Below are positions 12,701 to 49,115 of a stretch of 64,000 nucleotides of DNA, piece by piece. Under the pieces are notes generated by a model. It did not search any database. It was not told where the DNA came from and saw nothing but the letters and a program-made list of their open reading frames with translations. The position numbers and the translations under genes are program-made. Numbering within the stretch: the first letter of the stretch is position 1; every line of letters begins with the position of its first letter. Location: positions 744,001-808,000 of the forward strand of contig JAKMXF010000133.1 of NCBI GenBank assembly GCA_024704765.1, given 5' to 3'. Source of the stretch: Oopsacas minuta. Taxonomy: Eukaryota; Animalia; Porifera.

Positions 12701-13778
12701 GCTGTAGATTTCAGAAAAAAGAAACACACCCTCATGCAAGGACCCCCTGTCCCTCCCAAACCATACGAACCTTCTAAAAACAATAGTAAGAAATGTGTCA
12801 GTAAAGATGATAGTTTCAAAATGGAAGACACACAGACTAATTTTAAGAGATCAGAGACAGGTATGAATTATAGATTATTATTATTATTATTATTATTATT
12901 CTAGTTCACTGCATCTTATATGATAAAATTAAACATTTTTTGTTCGAATCGATTCAGGAACTGGTTTGAAATTTGAAATTTGATATATGCTTGGAATGTG
13001 ATTTATTTCATATTCTCATTAGCCAATTCGAGAAGACCTCCTCGCCCACCAATGCCTAACGGCTATCTGTTTCCAGAGAATGCACAGGGTTATGTAGAGT
13101 TTGACTTATTCGAGGATTCAGATGAAATACCTGATAATAACGTTAATTCAAGTGGCGAATCAAAAGATCACGTTTTAATACCTCGACTCCCTCCTGTACC
13201 TCCCCCAAAGCCTCCTAAACCAAAGAAATACAGTACACCAGGTAGTTACAAACTATAAATAATTATTGAGTAAATTCAGTAATGATAAGTTTTATATTAA
13301 ATTTTTGCTTCATTAATTCAGTCAATAACAATTCTCAAGAAGAAGATACTAAAGACTACACACAACCTATAACAATTTCAAAATTCACTGCATCAAAGTT
13401 TCGCGCTAATTCGAAGAGTGAGTACCCATCTCTTCCACAGAATAATATATATTTGATGTAATTAATTTGATAAGATAATATAGGTACATCTGATATTGCT
13501 GAACAGTTAAAACAAATGGAAAAGAAGCAAACAGAATGGCAGCAGAAATATGAAAAGGAACACGATGAAAAGTAAGTATCGTATTATGATGCATGTTAGA
13601 GTGAATTGTATTGTATTAGTGTACCATGGATTTACCCGATAATCATTGGTCTTAGACGAATATTGTCTCCCCTAGGGAAGAAGTTTATAAACGACTAAAC
13701 AGTATTGAAAAAGCACTTGGAATCGGGAATAGTTGCGGAAATAAGTTGTTAACCCCCAGCTCCAGCGAGGAAATCTAG
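9707..13778 (+). CDS. ARHGAP24: PH + RhoGAP + C-terminal coiled-coil protein (ARHGAP22/24/25 type), ~15 exons
   Basis: GT-AG exons join in frame: LESGWLYKKGGRISTMKKRWFVLKGD (10199-), GGIFGAHL (11106-), GKDEPGILTR (11420-11500), NVHTVSALLRKYFKELPEPII (~11780-11900), AQIFGPTIF (~12230), Pro-rich region, EWQQKYEKEHDEK-REEVYKRL coiled coil, TAG at 13776-13778. First exon (ATG 9707) is tentative. Confidence 0.8.
10017..10177. mobile_element. hAT-type MITE in the first ARHGAP intron
   Basis: TIR CAGTGTTGCCA / TGGCAACACTG, flanked by a near-identical 8-mer (attacaat / attataat). Confidence 0.75.
10680..10779. mobile_element. pogo/Tigger-type MITE (intronic)
   Basis: TA-CAGTAGATGCCGG...CCGGAATTCACTG with internal TATAAGAAC repeats. 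A related right end (TATAACCGGTATCCACTG-TA) lies at ~19040-19093. Confidence 0.55.
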
Positions 13779-14137
13779 TAAATATTATCACACAATTTAT
13801 TTTAAGGAATCCTCCACAACATTTATGGTACAGATTTGCACTTCTTTATAAGATGCTAGAATAAGAATGTATAATTATGATATTTCCTTGTATATAATTG
13901 TGTCATCTTATTAATATAAATGTTTGTAATTAAAATTATTCCTGAGAATCTAGAAAATTGATTTACTAACTACAATATATGTGTTTTGTCGAGAAATAAT
14001 GAATGCAAAATATTACTAAAAAGTATATTAATGAACATAAAAGAATGAAGAAAATCGATTTAGTATATTCTAAAAAAGTTAAGAATAATATTACATCCAA
14101 AATTCGTGGGAATAACAACCTCACACTAAAAATAATT

Positions 14138-15801
14138 TTAGAACAATATCTTAGGCTTAAGATTCATATTAATATTAACTTCAATATCAATATCGATGTC
14201 ACCAGGACATTCATGACATGTGTTGTGTTGAGCAGCAGCTTCGTATATAGTTGCTAATTGAGTTTCTACAAAACATACTGTGCCTCCTCCTCGATGAAAC
14301 TGAGAGTTCTAAACGAGGTGAGAATAGATTTACCATCGTTTACAGAAAATATTATTATTATTATTATTATCTCATATTTTAAAATGTTTTTGTTTGTTTG
14401 TCCTTGAGTGAGAAATTGGTAAGAGTTACAAACATGAAATTTGGCATGTGTATACAATATGGCTCAACTTGTAAGATGATAATTAAACAAGAGGTGTCCG
14501 AAGGGCGCCTTCGGCAGACATGAATATTCGCAAGCCACGCACCGCAAGCAAGCAAACTTCCATAAGTTATTAATACCAGTATCTCGATACACATAAAATT
14601 ATCTGTATGTATAGTCACCGTAGTTAGATTATTCAATTTGGGATATTTTCATCAAAACGCGAAAAATCTCTGCCATTAATTAACTACTGAATTGTACGTA
14701 CCATTCTATTGATGTCTCCAATACATATAGTGGTCTTATCCTTAGAAACAGCCCACTTGCTATGATCCTTAGTCTCAACGTATTGAACTTCCTCAGTGAA
14801 ATTTACATAATTAACATCATCAACCACATAGTTACACATATTGTGTGGTTCACAAACAGAGCAATCACATGCTTTATCGCCTCTAATCCAAGTCTCTACC
14901 AACAAAGATTTCTGCAGCTTAGGAGCTACTAGCATAGAGTAGAGATCTTTATTGAATTCTTTAGCTTTAGCAAATGAAGTGAATCTCATACCACCCATAC
15001 TTGTAAGTGTAGCTATGTTGTATGAAGGAACTGATACTCTTTTCTTATTCACAGTAGCCTGATACAGGTCTGGTAACGAGCTTATTAGCGAGGAAGGCAT
15101 GCTAAAGTTGTAGAAATTCGGACCGTTTGTTTGGAATTGTCTGCCAACAGTATTGATGTTGGAAAGAGATAGGGACATGCAGAGCATGCTCTGACCGTAA
15201 ATCTCTCCACTCTCTGGATAAGAATACGACTTGCCTGCATAAGGAGGGAAACTAGGTACACTGTGCACCAGCCAGAATCCTGAGTTAGAATCATATGCAA
15301 CTACTCCTTTACTATGCGCATCAGTGGAGTCTTTTGTTGCGTCAGGTGTTTCATCATTATACATAGCATAGCCTACAGATCCCGAAGATTTATATAGCTG
15401 GGATAGAGTATATCCAGGAGCACTATTTAAGCTGTTGATTGACTTATCAGGGAAATATAGCTTGCTACCTTGATGGCTGTCAAAGTATAAATAGCCTGTT
15501 CCCTCTACAATCCATTTATTACTTGAATCCTTTATTTCGGGAATCTTAGCAATCGTCCACCTTGATATACACATTACATAGTAATTATTATGATTTGTAA
15601 TTTGTGAATAAAGTATTGTCGAAGCAAATTATACAATTATCAGTGACTAATACTATTTCTATGAATATTGATACAGCAATATCTCATACGTACTTACCAA
15701 TCGACAGCTCGCCCATTTTCATCTATACAGTCAATATTTCCCTTACAACATGTGAATCCAATTATCAAGCTGACAATATACACTAGCGTTTTAGCGTTCA
15801 T
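14138..15801 (-). CDS. DNASE2: Deoxyribonuclease II, 3 exons (15801-15698, 15560-14702, 14308-14138)
   Basis: Exon 1: signal peptide MNAKTLVYIVSLIIGFTCCKG then NIDCIDENGRAVDW. Exon 2: WLVHSVPSFP, YGQSMLC, DHSKW, CIGDINRM. Exon 3: NSQFHRGGGTVC. All junctions are GT-AG and in phase. Confidence 0.93.
14380..14560. repeat. Probable Helentron-associated (HINE-like) repeat fragment in DNase II intron 2
   Basis: TGTTTGTTTGTCC tract, GAAATTTGGCATG, and AACAAGAG followed by a perfect hairpin CCGAAGG-GCG-CCTTCGG. Confidence 0.35.
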
Positions 15802-16155
15802 CACCTCAGTAAGAATGTGATGTAATAGAACTAATTAACGAATAAAACTGCTTGTTATTAGCAAAATATACAGCTGATATTAGTAAGCTCGAGTGGTATA
15901 ATTAAACCTGAGATAAAGATTTAATATCTAGGACTCCGCAGTCAATAATAATAATAAATAAATAATTAAATTTCACAAAGATTAAAAGAAAAGAAATATA
16001 GAATCTAAAGCCGCAGTTCATTAACCTAATGGGAAATGTATTAGTAATTATCAGTCAGTTATTTAACTTATTCCGTAAAAGACTCAGCCCCTTAATGATG
16101 TACTATTGGTTAAAAATCCACACACAGGGATGAACAAGTAATCCAAGCACCATTC

Positions 16156-17133
16156 CACAGTGGGAAAAATAGGAGAAATAGAGGTGGTATTTGACCATAT
16201 TAAATTTAGATTAGACCCAAATATAAAACCAAAGTATTAAAGTCATAAGACTTCTACATTCTAAATAATGTTGATGCGTATGAGTGACTATATCAAAATA
16301 TTGTGGTTTTGCAATCCTAATATGCTGTGAATGTTTCAGCAATGAAAATAAATTCATACATTGGATCACGACATTATTCCCTTCAGATTTACACGATTCG
16401 CTAAGAAAATTCACATCAACCTCTCAGTTATTCTACGCTGCTTTAACAGTGGTAGGGAGATCAATACCAATGCCCACGAAGTCTTATGCCGAGAAACATA
16501 TGAATTCATACTAACACGATTCCCCTGGGCTAATATTGCTCTATCCATTCATAAATTATTAGCTCATAGCACAGAGTTAATCAGAGATTGTAATGATGGT
16601 TTTGGGATGAAAGAATTTCTGATGAAGCTTCCGAGCATATAATAAGCTGATTCGAAAATATCGTGAACATTTGGCTAGAAAAATTCATTCATGCTAAATA
16701 CTAGGGACATATTCATTCGTCTCTCTTCTCAAAGCGACCCTGTATTAGCAAAGTTTAGACACCTGGTTGTATGGAAAAATGTGGAGAATTGAGCCATATT
16801 TGCAAGCTTAATTGCAAAGCTCCCGCTCCACACACCGAACAAGATAATTTATTTCATTCTCTGCTTGTCTAGGTAGTATTTTGTATACATAAACAATATA
16901 TTCAGATTCGTTATATACCTGAGAAATATCACTTAAGAAGATATTTAGAATAAAGAATTCTTGCTGACATCATCATTTGGTCATAATCTCACTTAAAGTG
17001 ACTATACAAAAAATGGTAGTAGTTATATCAATTCCTTTAGGGTAATAATCCCATATGCAAATAATATAAATTGTATGCGTGAAAGACATAAAAAACCCTA
17101 TTTCCATTCGAATGCCCTTTTTTCCCCACTGTG
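16156..17133 (+). mobile_element. Internally deleted RAG1-like/Transib transposon with both termini and a frameshifted C-terminal transposase fragment
   Basis: Inverted ends CACAGTGGGAAAAATAGG (16156) and CACAGTGGGGAAAAAAGG (from 17133, minus strand). Across frameshifts the interior reads LSVILRCFNSGREINT...CRETYEFILTRFPW...IHKLLAHSTELIRDCNDGFGMKEF-SDEAS...NKLIRKYREHLARK...RDIFIRLSSQSDPVLAKFR. Confidence 0.85.
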
Positions 17134-18357
17134 CGCATTCCAACTTATCTATAGCGGTGCCTAACAGTAATTCCAAATTCTCTTATCCATCTAAGCTAAT
17201 CTTGAGACATAGTACCTTATACAATGCTTGCACATATAGCTCTAGATAATACTGATTCACATCTTATATTTATATTCCAAGAAAGAGGCCATCTAATACT
17301 ATCATATCTACATAATTCTTGTAAGTAAAATGACTTCATATATTCTGCAGAACACTTGATGCCAGTCAGGATACGAATGTGGAAAAGCTTGATTCAGAAC
17401 TACCAAAATTGTTTAAAGCACATAGAATAACAGATGTTAAGCCAGCTGATGTGAATGGAGGAGACATGGAAGAAATATTCATGACGTTAAGATCGGAAAG
17501 AAGACTGAAGATGGACGTACAGTATACTGGAAATTAGACTCAGAGTCACATTCATACAAACTCTTGCACTAATCGGAAGTATGGGTAATATTAACTAATG
17601 TACACTAGATATCTTCTCATTTGTTGTCAATTTTAATATATTTGTACTTTTGAAATATTAAACTATTTTCTACACAAAAATATTACAGAATTACACTGTG
17701 CCGCCTACTAATGACTTATGAGCTGAGTATTGATTTATCTAACCAAAGCATAAGATAACAAATTCTGTAAACAGACTTCAACTTTTTGAAATATTTAAAC
17801 ATTCGTTTATTCTACCAAAACATCTACCTGAACATGTCCATAAGCCGTGTTATGGCCGGTAAGACCATGGTCCATTATATCTTATCACTTTTGCATGCAG
17901 GTCTTTACCACTTTTAATTTCACTGATACGGACCTGAGCTAAACTTAGAAATCCATGGAGCTTCAATAACTCATGACCTATCGTTCCTTAATGGCTTAAC
18001 TTAACACAGATACTAACACGTACCTTGCACTTGCTGAATCCATGAAACATATTATTTGAATATAATAATTTTCTATTACCCATATAAAACACAAAAGTAA
18101 TTTATTAATAATAAGAATGAGAGCATAACTCAGCTCCTTAAGAATACAACTATCGACACTATTATAAGTAAGTAATTTACAGTATGTACATGCTTGTGTC
18201 TACAGTAAATATATGTTGTCTCACTACATTTATAAAAGCAATCTATTCAAGTCAATGTTGAACTGGGGTAACCGAACTAATCACAGATCGTTGGTGGTGA
18301 TCTGCATTGAAAAAACCTAACATTCTATAAAAATAAAGAAGATATGATATCGTATTG

Positions 18358-43770
<25,413 letters not shown>

Positions 43771-44899
43771 GGTCGAGAGACATACACAGCAATATATCCA
43801 CTAATAACTAGGTCAGCTAAAAGCACTAAAAAGAGATTATTACCAAGTCACTATCAATTCGCATATACAGTAGACTCTCGTTAATACGCACACGGTTAAT
43901 ACAAATTTCTGCGGATAAAAAGAACAAAAAAATTACACAATATCAGGTCCGTACAATGTATGTTCAATTGATATTATTCTGGGTAAGACGAACAAATTTT
44001 GACCGTTCGTTGGTGCATGGCCGTAGGAGACGGTCCGGTCGGTCAGTTTCCAAAATTTGGTCGGCTATTACAAATAGTATTAGTCAACCGGACCAACTTT
44101 GGGTGGCTCAATATATTTGTATAGGCCAACCTGACCAATAGAAAACTGCCTGCTACCACCCTGTGGTGTTCGGAATAACGAAGATCCACTGTATTATGTC
44201 TATAATGTTTTAGTCAGAGGATCGTGGGATCTAATTCCTAACAATGTGTAAACTACTTTCAGTTTATTTCACTCAATCAGGTAATTAAGGAGATGAGATA
44301 AATTAATTATAATTAGACATAATTCGTATGAATTATTGAGAATATAACATCACTATGACCCGAATCCTATCAAAGAATTAGTAAACCAAAATTCACTCTT
44401 ACTTATGAGTCTTATTAGCAAATTAAATCTCACAATAGGTATATTAGGATACTAAGATATTCCTTATGTGTAGGCTGATCAATATAAATATAATTCAAGT
44501 TACGTTGTGGTTATATTTATGAAATTAATTTATTCTTTTTCTTAAACCTTCAATACAAATCTATTATACACGCCGGAATGGGTGGATTAAGAAAAATGGA
44601 ATTCGCTGTTTAGAACCTCCCTATTACACCTAATCAATCTGTAATTACAGAATATATAAAGAGTAGCACTGTAGATTATGCCATAAATTATTCACATCAG
44701 CAAATATTAATATTTTGCTAATGATTGCTCAGTATTAACTAAAATTAACTAAAATTAACAAATAATTAACAAATAACATTATCTGCATACTTCAATCAGT
44801 TAGCCTATAGTCAGGGTAGTGGGAGTATTTTGGTGTTTTGTGAAATTGTAGTCACAAATATTAAAATCTAATTCAAATAAACAAGACTGTGAAAACAAA

Positions 44900-46087
44900 C
44901 TAATCAACATCTTCTAGAACACTTTCTGCTAGGAAGAGATCTTGATCAATTTCCACAGTTTCAAATCCATTTTCAATTGGTTTAGGTTCAAAACTAAGCT
45001 GGCCTATATTCAAATCTGGGTCATCACTATCATCATCATCATCTGTAGAGTCCTGGTAATGTTGGAATGTTAGCTCTGTAGGAGATATATCTTCAAGGGG
45101 TATGATGTCATCAGGGTCTGGTGGGGGTAGGTATACTGTAGTGTCAGCACCTTCATCATCTTCTATCACCATGTCTGGGTTGAATGAGAACATTTCACGA
45201 CCTGTCACTCCAGCTGTCTTCCCTGTCTTAAAGTTTTCCTTTTTCTTCGCAGACTCTTGTATCGATTTAATCTCAGCTTCTTTCCTCTTCTGCATTTTCC
45301 AAATATTGAATGATTCCTCAGTAACAAGTGTCGAATCTTTTGAAGATAGAGCAGCTCTCTGCTTCTCAACAAGTTCCTCTATAGATAACTCATCTTCTTT
45401 CTGAGCTTCCATTGCTTTCTTCTCTCTTTGCAGGATATAACCAGGTGGGAGAGCATGTCTGTATTTACAGGTGGGACCATTCGGACATGTCCAAAACCAC
45501 CCGTACAAACTGCGCTCTACTGCGTCTAGGAAATATTTACAAATTATTGTTGTTTTGTTCGTTACTTTGCCATCTTTACTTTGATGTTTTTCTGAGACCA
45601 CTCTCTCTAGTTTTTCCTGATCCCATTTATCCATGGTATCATCCGCCAAAGTATCCTCATCTACTTCTCTGAGATCAACAAATGCGCTTCTTTTTGCAGA
45701 TTTATTCCTCTCAAGAGAAAGATCGTGCGAAAACTTACACTTTGTACCCTTTTTACATTGTCCCTGCTTGAAGAACACACAAACCATGGATTTAGGATCA
45801 GCGCCAGCTGATATAGTTTGTATTTTAACAACAGGCTTGAATAGTAATTTCAATTCCTCTTCTCTCTCCTGTAGCATTTCTTTATTAGATTTCTTCTCAG
45901 CATCTGATTTTAATTTCTCTTTATATTCCTTACCACTATATTTAACCTGTGTTGTAACGTTTTTAATGTAGTGTTGTTGTTTCTTGCTACTTTTATTCTT
46001 CAGGCCGAATGTTTTATCTTCTATAATTCTATCTTTTTGCTTGTCTACTGTCTTCTTGGATGGTTGTTGTTGTTTCTTTGGAGGCAT
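44900..46087 (-). CDS. ZC3H15: Zinc finger CCCH domain-containing protein 15 (Tma46/DFRP1), single exon
   Basis: MPPKK...IIEDKTFGLKNK, DPKSMVCVFFKQGQCKKGTKCKFSHDL, ICKYFLDAVE...YGWFWTCPNG...CKYRHALPPG, acidic tail. Confidence 0.96.
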   Translation of the reverse strand: MPPKKQQQPSKKTVDKQKDRIIEDKTFGLKNKSSKKQQHYIKNVTTQVKYSGKEYKEKLKSDAEKKSNKEMLQEREEELKLLFKPVVKIQTISAGADPKSMVCVFFKQGQCKKGTKCKFSHDLSLERNKSAKRSAFVDLREVDEDTLADDTMDKWDQEKLERVVSEKHQSKDGKVTNKTTIICKYFLDAVERSLYGWFWTCPNGPTCKYRHALPPGYILQREKKAMEAQKEDELSIEELVEKQRAALSSKDSTLVTEESFNIWKMQKRKEAEIKSIQESAKKKENFKTGKTAGVTGREMFSFNPDMVIEDDEGADTTVYLPPPDPDDIIPLEDISPTELTFQHYQDSTDDDDDSDDPDLNIGQLSFEPKPIENGFETVEIDQDLFLAESVLEDVD

Positions 46088-46506
46088 CTTTCACACACTT
46101 AAATATTTATAATTAAAATTGTATTATATAGGAATTGGCTAAACTTAGAATTCCGGTAAGGGTACCCAAATAATTCTTCTGAAAGTGCCGGCAGCAGGGT
46201 CCAAGCCCGTTGGATGTTGTTATACGTCAATTTGAGGCATGCCTAGTTGAGTTATTGGAGTGGGAATTTGGACTTTGCCGTTGCGGCCAATTTAAGAGAA
46301 GAACACTGGCCCACGAGTTGATAGTATAGTGTAGTTGGCACAGTAAAATTTGGATGCCCCATTGCCAGCACTGTAGAGTATAGCCACATCCATAAAAGAA
46401 ACTAATGCAATATTTTAATTGTGACCAATTGAACTAGATAATTGATATAATAATTCCACTACAATGTAATTCTAATCAAAAAGGTTATTAATTTCTAATG
46501 ATTCTA

Positions 46507-48984
46507 TTACTTCGGTTTGGTTCTGAACATCTGCTGATAACCGTCTATTTCTGCTTGTTCAAATTTCCTGAATAGTGGCAAAGGCGTGCCTATCTCGTGT
46601 CCTGGTGAGATGAATTTAGCAAACTCCACAGGAATTAGAGTAGAGTTATTCGGTATATTTAGTTGTTGCCGAATTGCTTCACAAGTATTGGGCATATAAG
46701 GTTGTAACAGTACCATCACGAGACACACTAAATTAACAGATAAATTCATTATCGTACCAGCACGTGACATACCATCTTCTCCCTCTTTTATCAACACCCA
46801 TGGTTGAGCATCCTGTATGTACCCATTGCCTAATCTTGATAGATTTAGTGTATACTTTATTCCATCTCTAATCCTCGCATCTTCTAATGTTGCTATGTAG
46901 TTAGTTAATTCTAAGTTAATCTGGTCAATTAACTGCATGTCCACCTGTTTAAGATTTCCAACAGGTGGAACTATTCCATTGAAATTTTTCTTTGTGAATG
47001 CAAGTGAGCGATTAACGAAATTTCCTAAGTTGTTAAGAAGTTCGTTATTATTCTTAGACATCAGATCTGACCATGAGAATAAAGTGTCTTGTGTTTCAGG
47101 TCGCACATACAGCAGATAGAACCTGAATATATCAGCTGGAATTTTAGTCTCCCTTGCATTATCTCCAAACACACCCACACCCTTTCTCTTAGAAAACTTG
47201 CCTCCCTCATAGTTGAGGTACTCACTAGCGGAGATATGATGTAACAATGTGTACTCGTCCCCCGTGGTGATAAGACAAGAGGGGAACATGACGGTATGGA
47301 AAGGGACATTATCCTTTGCCATAAACTGATACAACAAGACATTATTCGGATTCTTCCACCATTTCTCCCACTGATCAGTGTAAGAAGCTGTTATAGAAAT
47401 ATAGCCAATTGGTGCATCGAACCAAACATAGAAAACTTTATCAGTGAATCCCTCTAGAGGAACAGGAGTGCCCCATTTGAGGTCTCTAGATATACACCGA
47501 GGCTTGAGACCCTCTTTAAACCAGGTGTTGGTTATAGAGCGTGAGTTTGGTGTCCAGTTACCGCGGGGAGCTGATTTAGCTACCCACTCTTCTACCTCTG
47601 GCTGCATGCGAGCCATGTCAAGGAAAATGTGCTGGCTCTTTTTAACGAATGGCCTGTTCTTACATATTTGACATTGAGGCTGTATTAGCTCTACTGCATT
47701 AATGAGCTTACTACAATTGTCACACTGATCACCTGAGGCATCATCGTAAGCACAGGAAGGGCACGTCCCGGTTATGAGTCTGTCAGCTAGGAATGTAGAG
47801 CAGTTCTCGCAGAACAGCTGTTCCACAGTCTCATCTTTGATAAATCCTCGCTTTTGTATCTTCCAGAATATTTCCTGAGCTATGTCAGTCTGATTCTGAG
47901 TAGAAGTACGACCAAATGTATCAAAACTTATTTCAAACCAATCGTATATGTTCTTGTGCTTCTTATAGTATTTATTACATACCTGCTGAGGGGTAACACC
48001 CTCCTGTACAGCCTTTATCTCAGTAGCTGTTCCATATTCATCAGTACCACACAAATACAGAGTCTGATAACCTCTAGCCCTACAGTAGCGAGCAAACACA
48101 TCAGCTGACAATACACACCCAATTATATTACCGAGATGAGGAACATTATTGACATATGGAAGGGCGCTGGTAATGAGAATATTACGTTTGTCTGTACATG
48201 GTAAGATAGGATGTTTTATTTCAGGAGCAAGTAATGATACCTTGTCTAAATTCAAGGTTGGTAAGATTGGAGGTTTTGATAATTTCTCTCTTTTCAATTT
48301 ATCAAATTTGGTTTCTTTTGTGTCCAACTTTCCATACCCAGTGAGACCTTGTGTTACACGCAGCCAATTATTTACAACAGGTAGTTTTTGTAAAACATTG
48401 TTAACTACCGGAGTGGTTGCTACCGTATTCACCCATTTGAGTAGCTTGGGGTAAGAAGCATTCATCTGAACAAGGAGTATAGGAGCAGTTAGTGGGAAGA
48501 GACTGGAGAATATTATGACGTCAGATATTGAGAGATTTTCTGGATCAGTGAGTGAGTATGCAGATTCTAGGGTTTGTAGAGAAACCTTTAGAGTGTCAGT
48601 GAGTGTGTGTTGTGAGAGAGAAGGATGTATTTGAGGTGAAATTGAGGAAGCTTCGAAACCAATCCAAGTGCGTGTATCTTTCGTCTCTGCCAAATTGTCT
48701 GGAATGTTAGATGATAAAGTGATTATGTATTTGCAAATCTCGTTAGAAGATAAGATGAAAATTCCTTTTTTCGTTTCAAGAGCTGCTCCTGCGACAATAA
48801 CAGAATTGAGATAGATAGCTTCTTGTTCGATGTCTTCTTCTGTAACTAGGTGTCTCTGGAACAGCTGGTCCCAAGAGGAGTTGAGTAGAGAGAAGAGTAT
48901 TTCAAACTTTAGTTTAGATACTCTACCAATGAGATTAGAGCAAACGATAAGGTCTGGTTTCTCAATGGAGTTAGCTGTTGCCAT
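46507..48984 (-). CDS. MARS1: Cytoplasmic methionyl-tRNA synthetase with N-terminal GST-like domain, single exon
   Basis: ILITSALPYVNNVPHLGNIIGCVLSADVFAR, CGTDEYGT, zinc knuckles (GDQCDNC), PRCISRDLKWG, FYVWFDAPIGY, QFMAKDNVPFH, KFSKRKGVGVFG, anticodon-binding helical domain. Confidence 0.97.
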   Translation of the reverse strand: MATANSIEKPDLIVCSNLIGRVSKLKFEILFSLLNSSWDQLFQRHLVTEEDIEQEAIYLNSVIVAGAALETKKGIFILSSNEICKYIITLSSNIPDNLAETKDTRTWIGFEASSISPQIHPSLSQHTLTDTLKVSLQTLESAYSLTDPENLSISDVIIFSSLFPLTAPILLVQMNASYPKLLKWVNTVATTPVVNNVLQKLPVVNNWLRVTQGLTGYGKLDTKETKFDKLKREKLSKPPILPTLNLDKVSLLAPEIKHPILPCTDKRNILITSALPYVNNVPHLGNIIGCVLSADVFARYCRARGYQTLYLCGTDEYGTATEIKAVQEGVTPQQVCNKYYKKHKNIYDWFEISFDTFGRTSTQNQTDIAQEIFWKIQKRGFIKDETVEQLFCENCSTFLADRLITGTCPSCAYDDASGDQCDNCSKLINAVELIQPQCQICKNRPFVKKSQHIFLDMARMQPEVEEWVAKSAPRGNWTPNSRSITNTWFKEGLKPRCISRDLKWGTPVPLEGFTDKVFYVWFDAPIGYISITASYTDQWEKWWKNPNNVLLYQFMAKDNVPFHTVMFPSCLITTGDEYTLLHHISASEYLNYEGGKFSKRKGVGVFGDNARETKIPADIFRFYLLYVRPETQDTLFSWSDLMSKNNNELLNNLGNFVNRSLAFTKKNFNGIVPPVGNLKQVDMQLIDQINLELTNYIATLEDARIRDGIKYTLNLSRLGNGYIQDAQPWVLIKEGEDGMSRAGTIMNLSVNLVCLVMVLLQPYMPNTCEAIRQQLNIPNNSTLIPVEFAKFISPGHEIGTPLPLFRKFEQAEIDGYQQMFRTKPK

Positions 48985-49115
48985 AAACGTGGTGTTAATA
49001 TTATTCTTACTTCTTTAGACGAATGAATTTACTTCAAACAGAAACTAAAGCTAAGATAAATCTGCAAAATATGAATATAGCTTAGCGAACAGAAGTGAAG
49101 TAAAACAAAAAGTAA

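Noticed and set aside
16151-17140. 5-bp target-site duplication for the RAG1-like element
   Set aside because: The left flank is CATTC but the right flank is CGCATTC, so the match is offset by 2 nt. Suggestive only, not counted as evidence.
16973-17176. Minus-strand 67-aa ORF convergent on the RAG1-like fragment as a possible RAG2-like gene
   Set aside because: It is short, crosses the element's terminus, and shows no Kelch or PHD features. No RAG2-like sequence is visible anywhere in the window.
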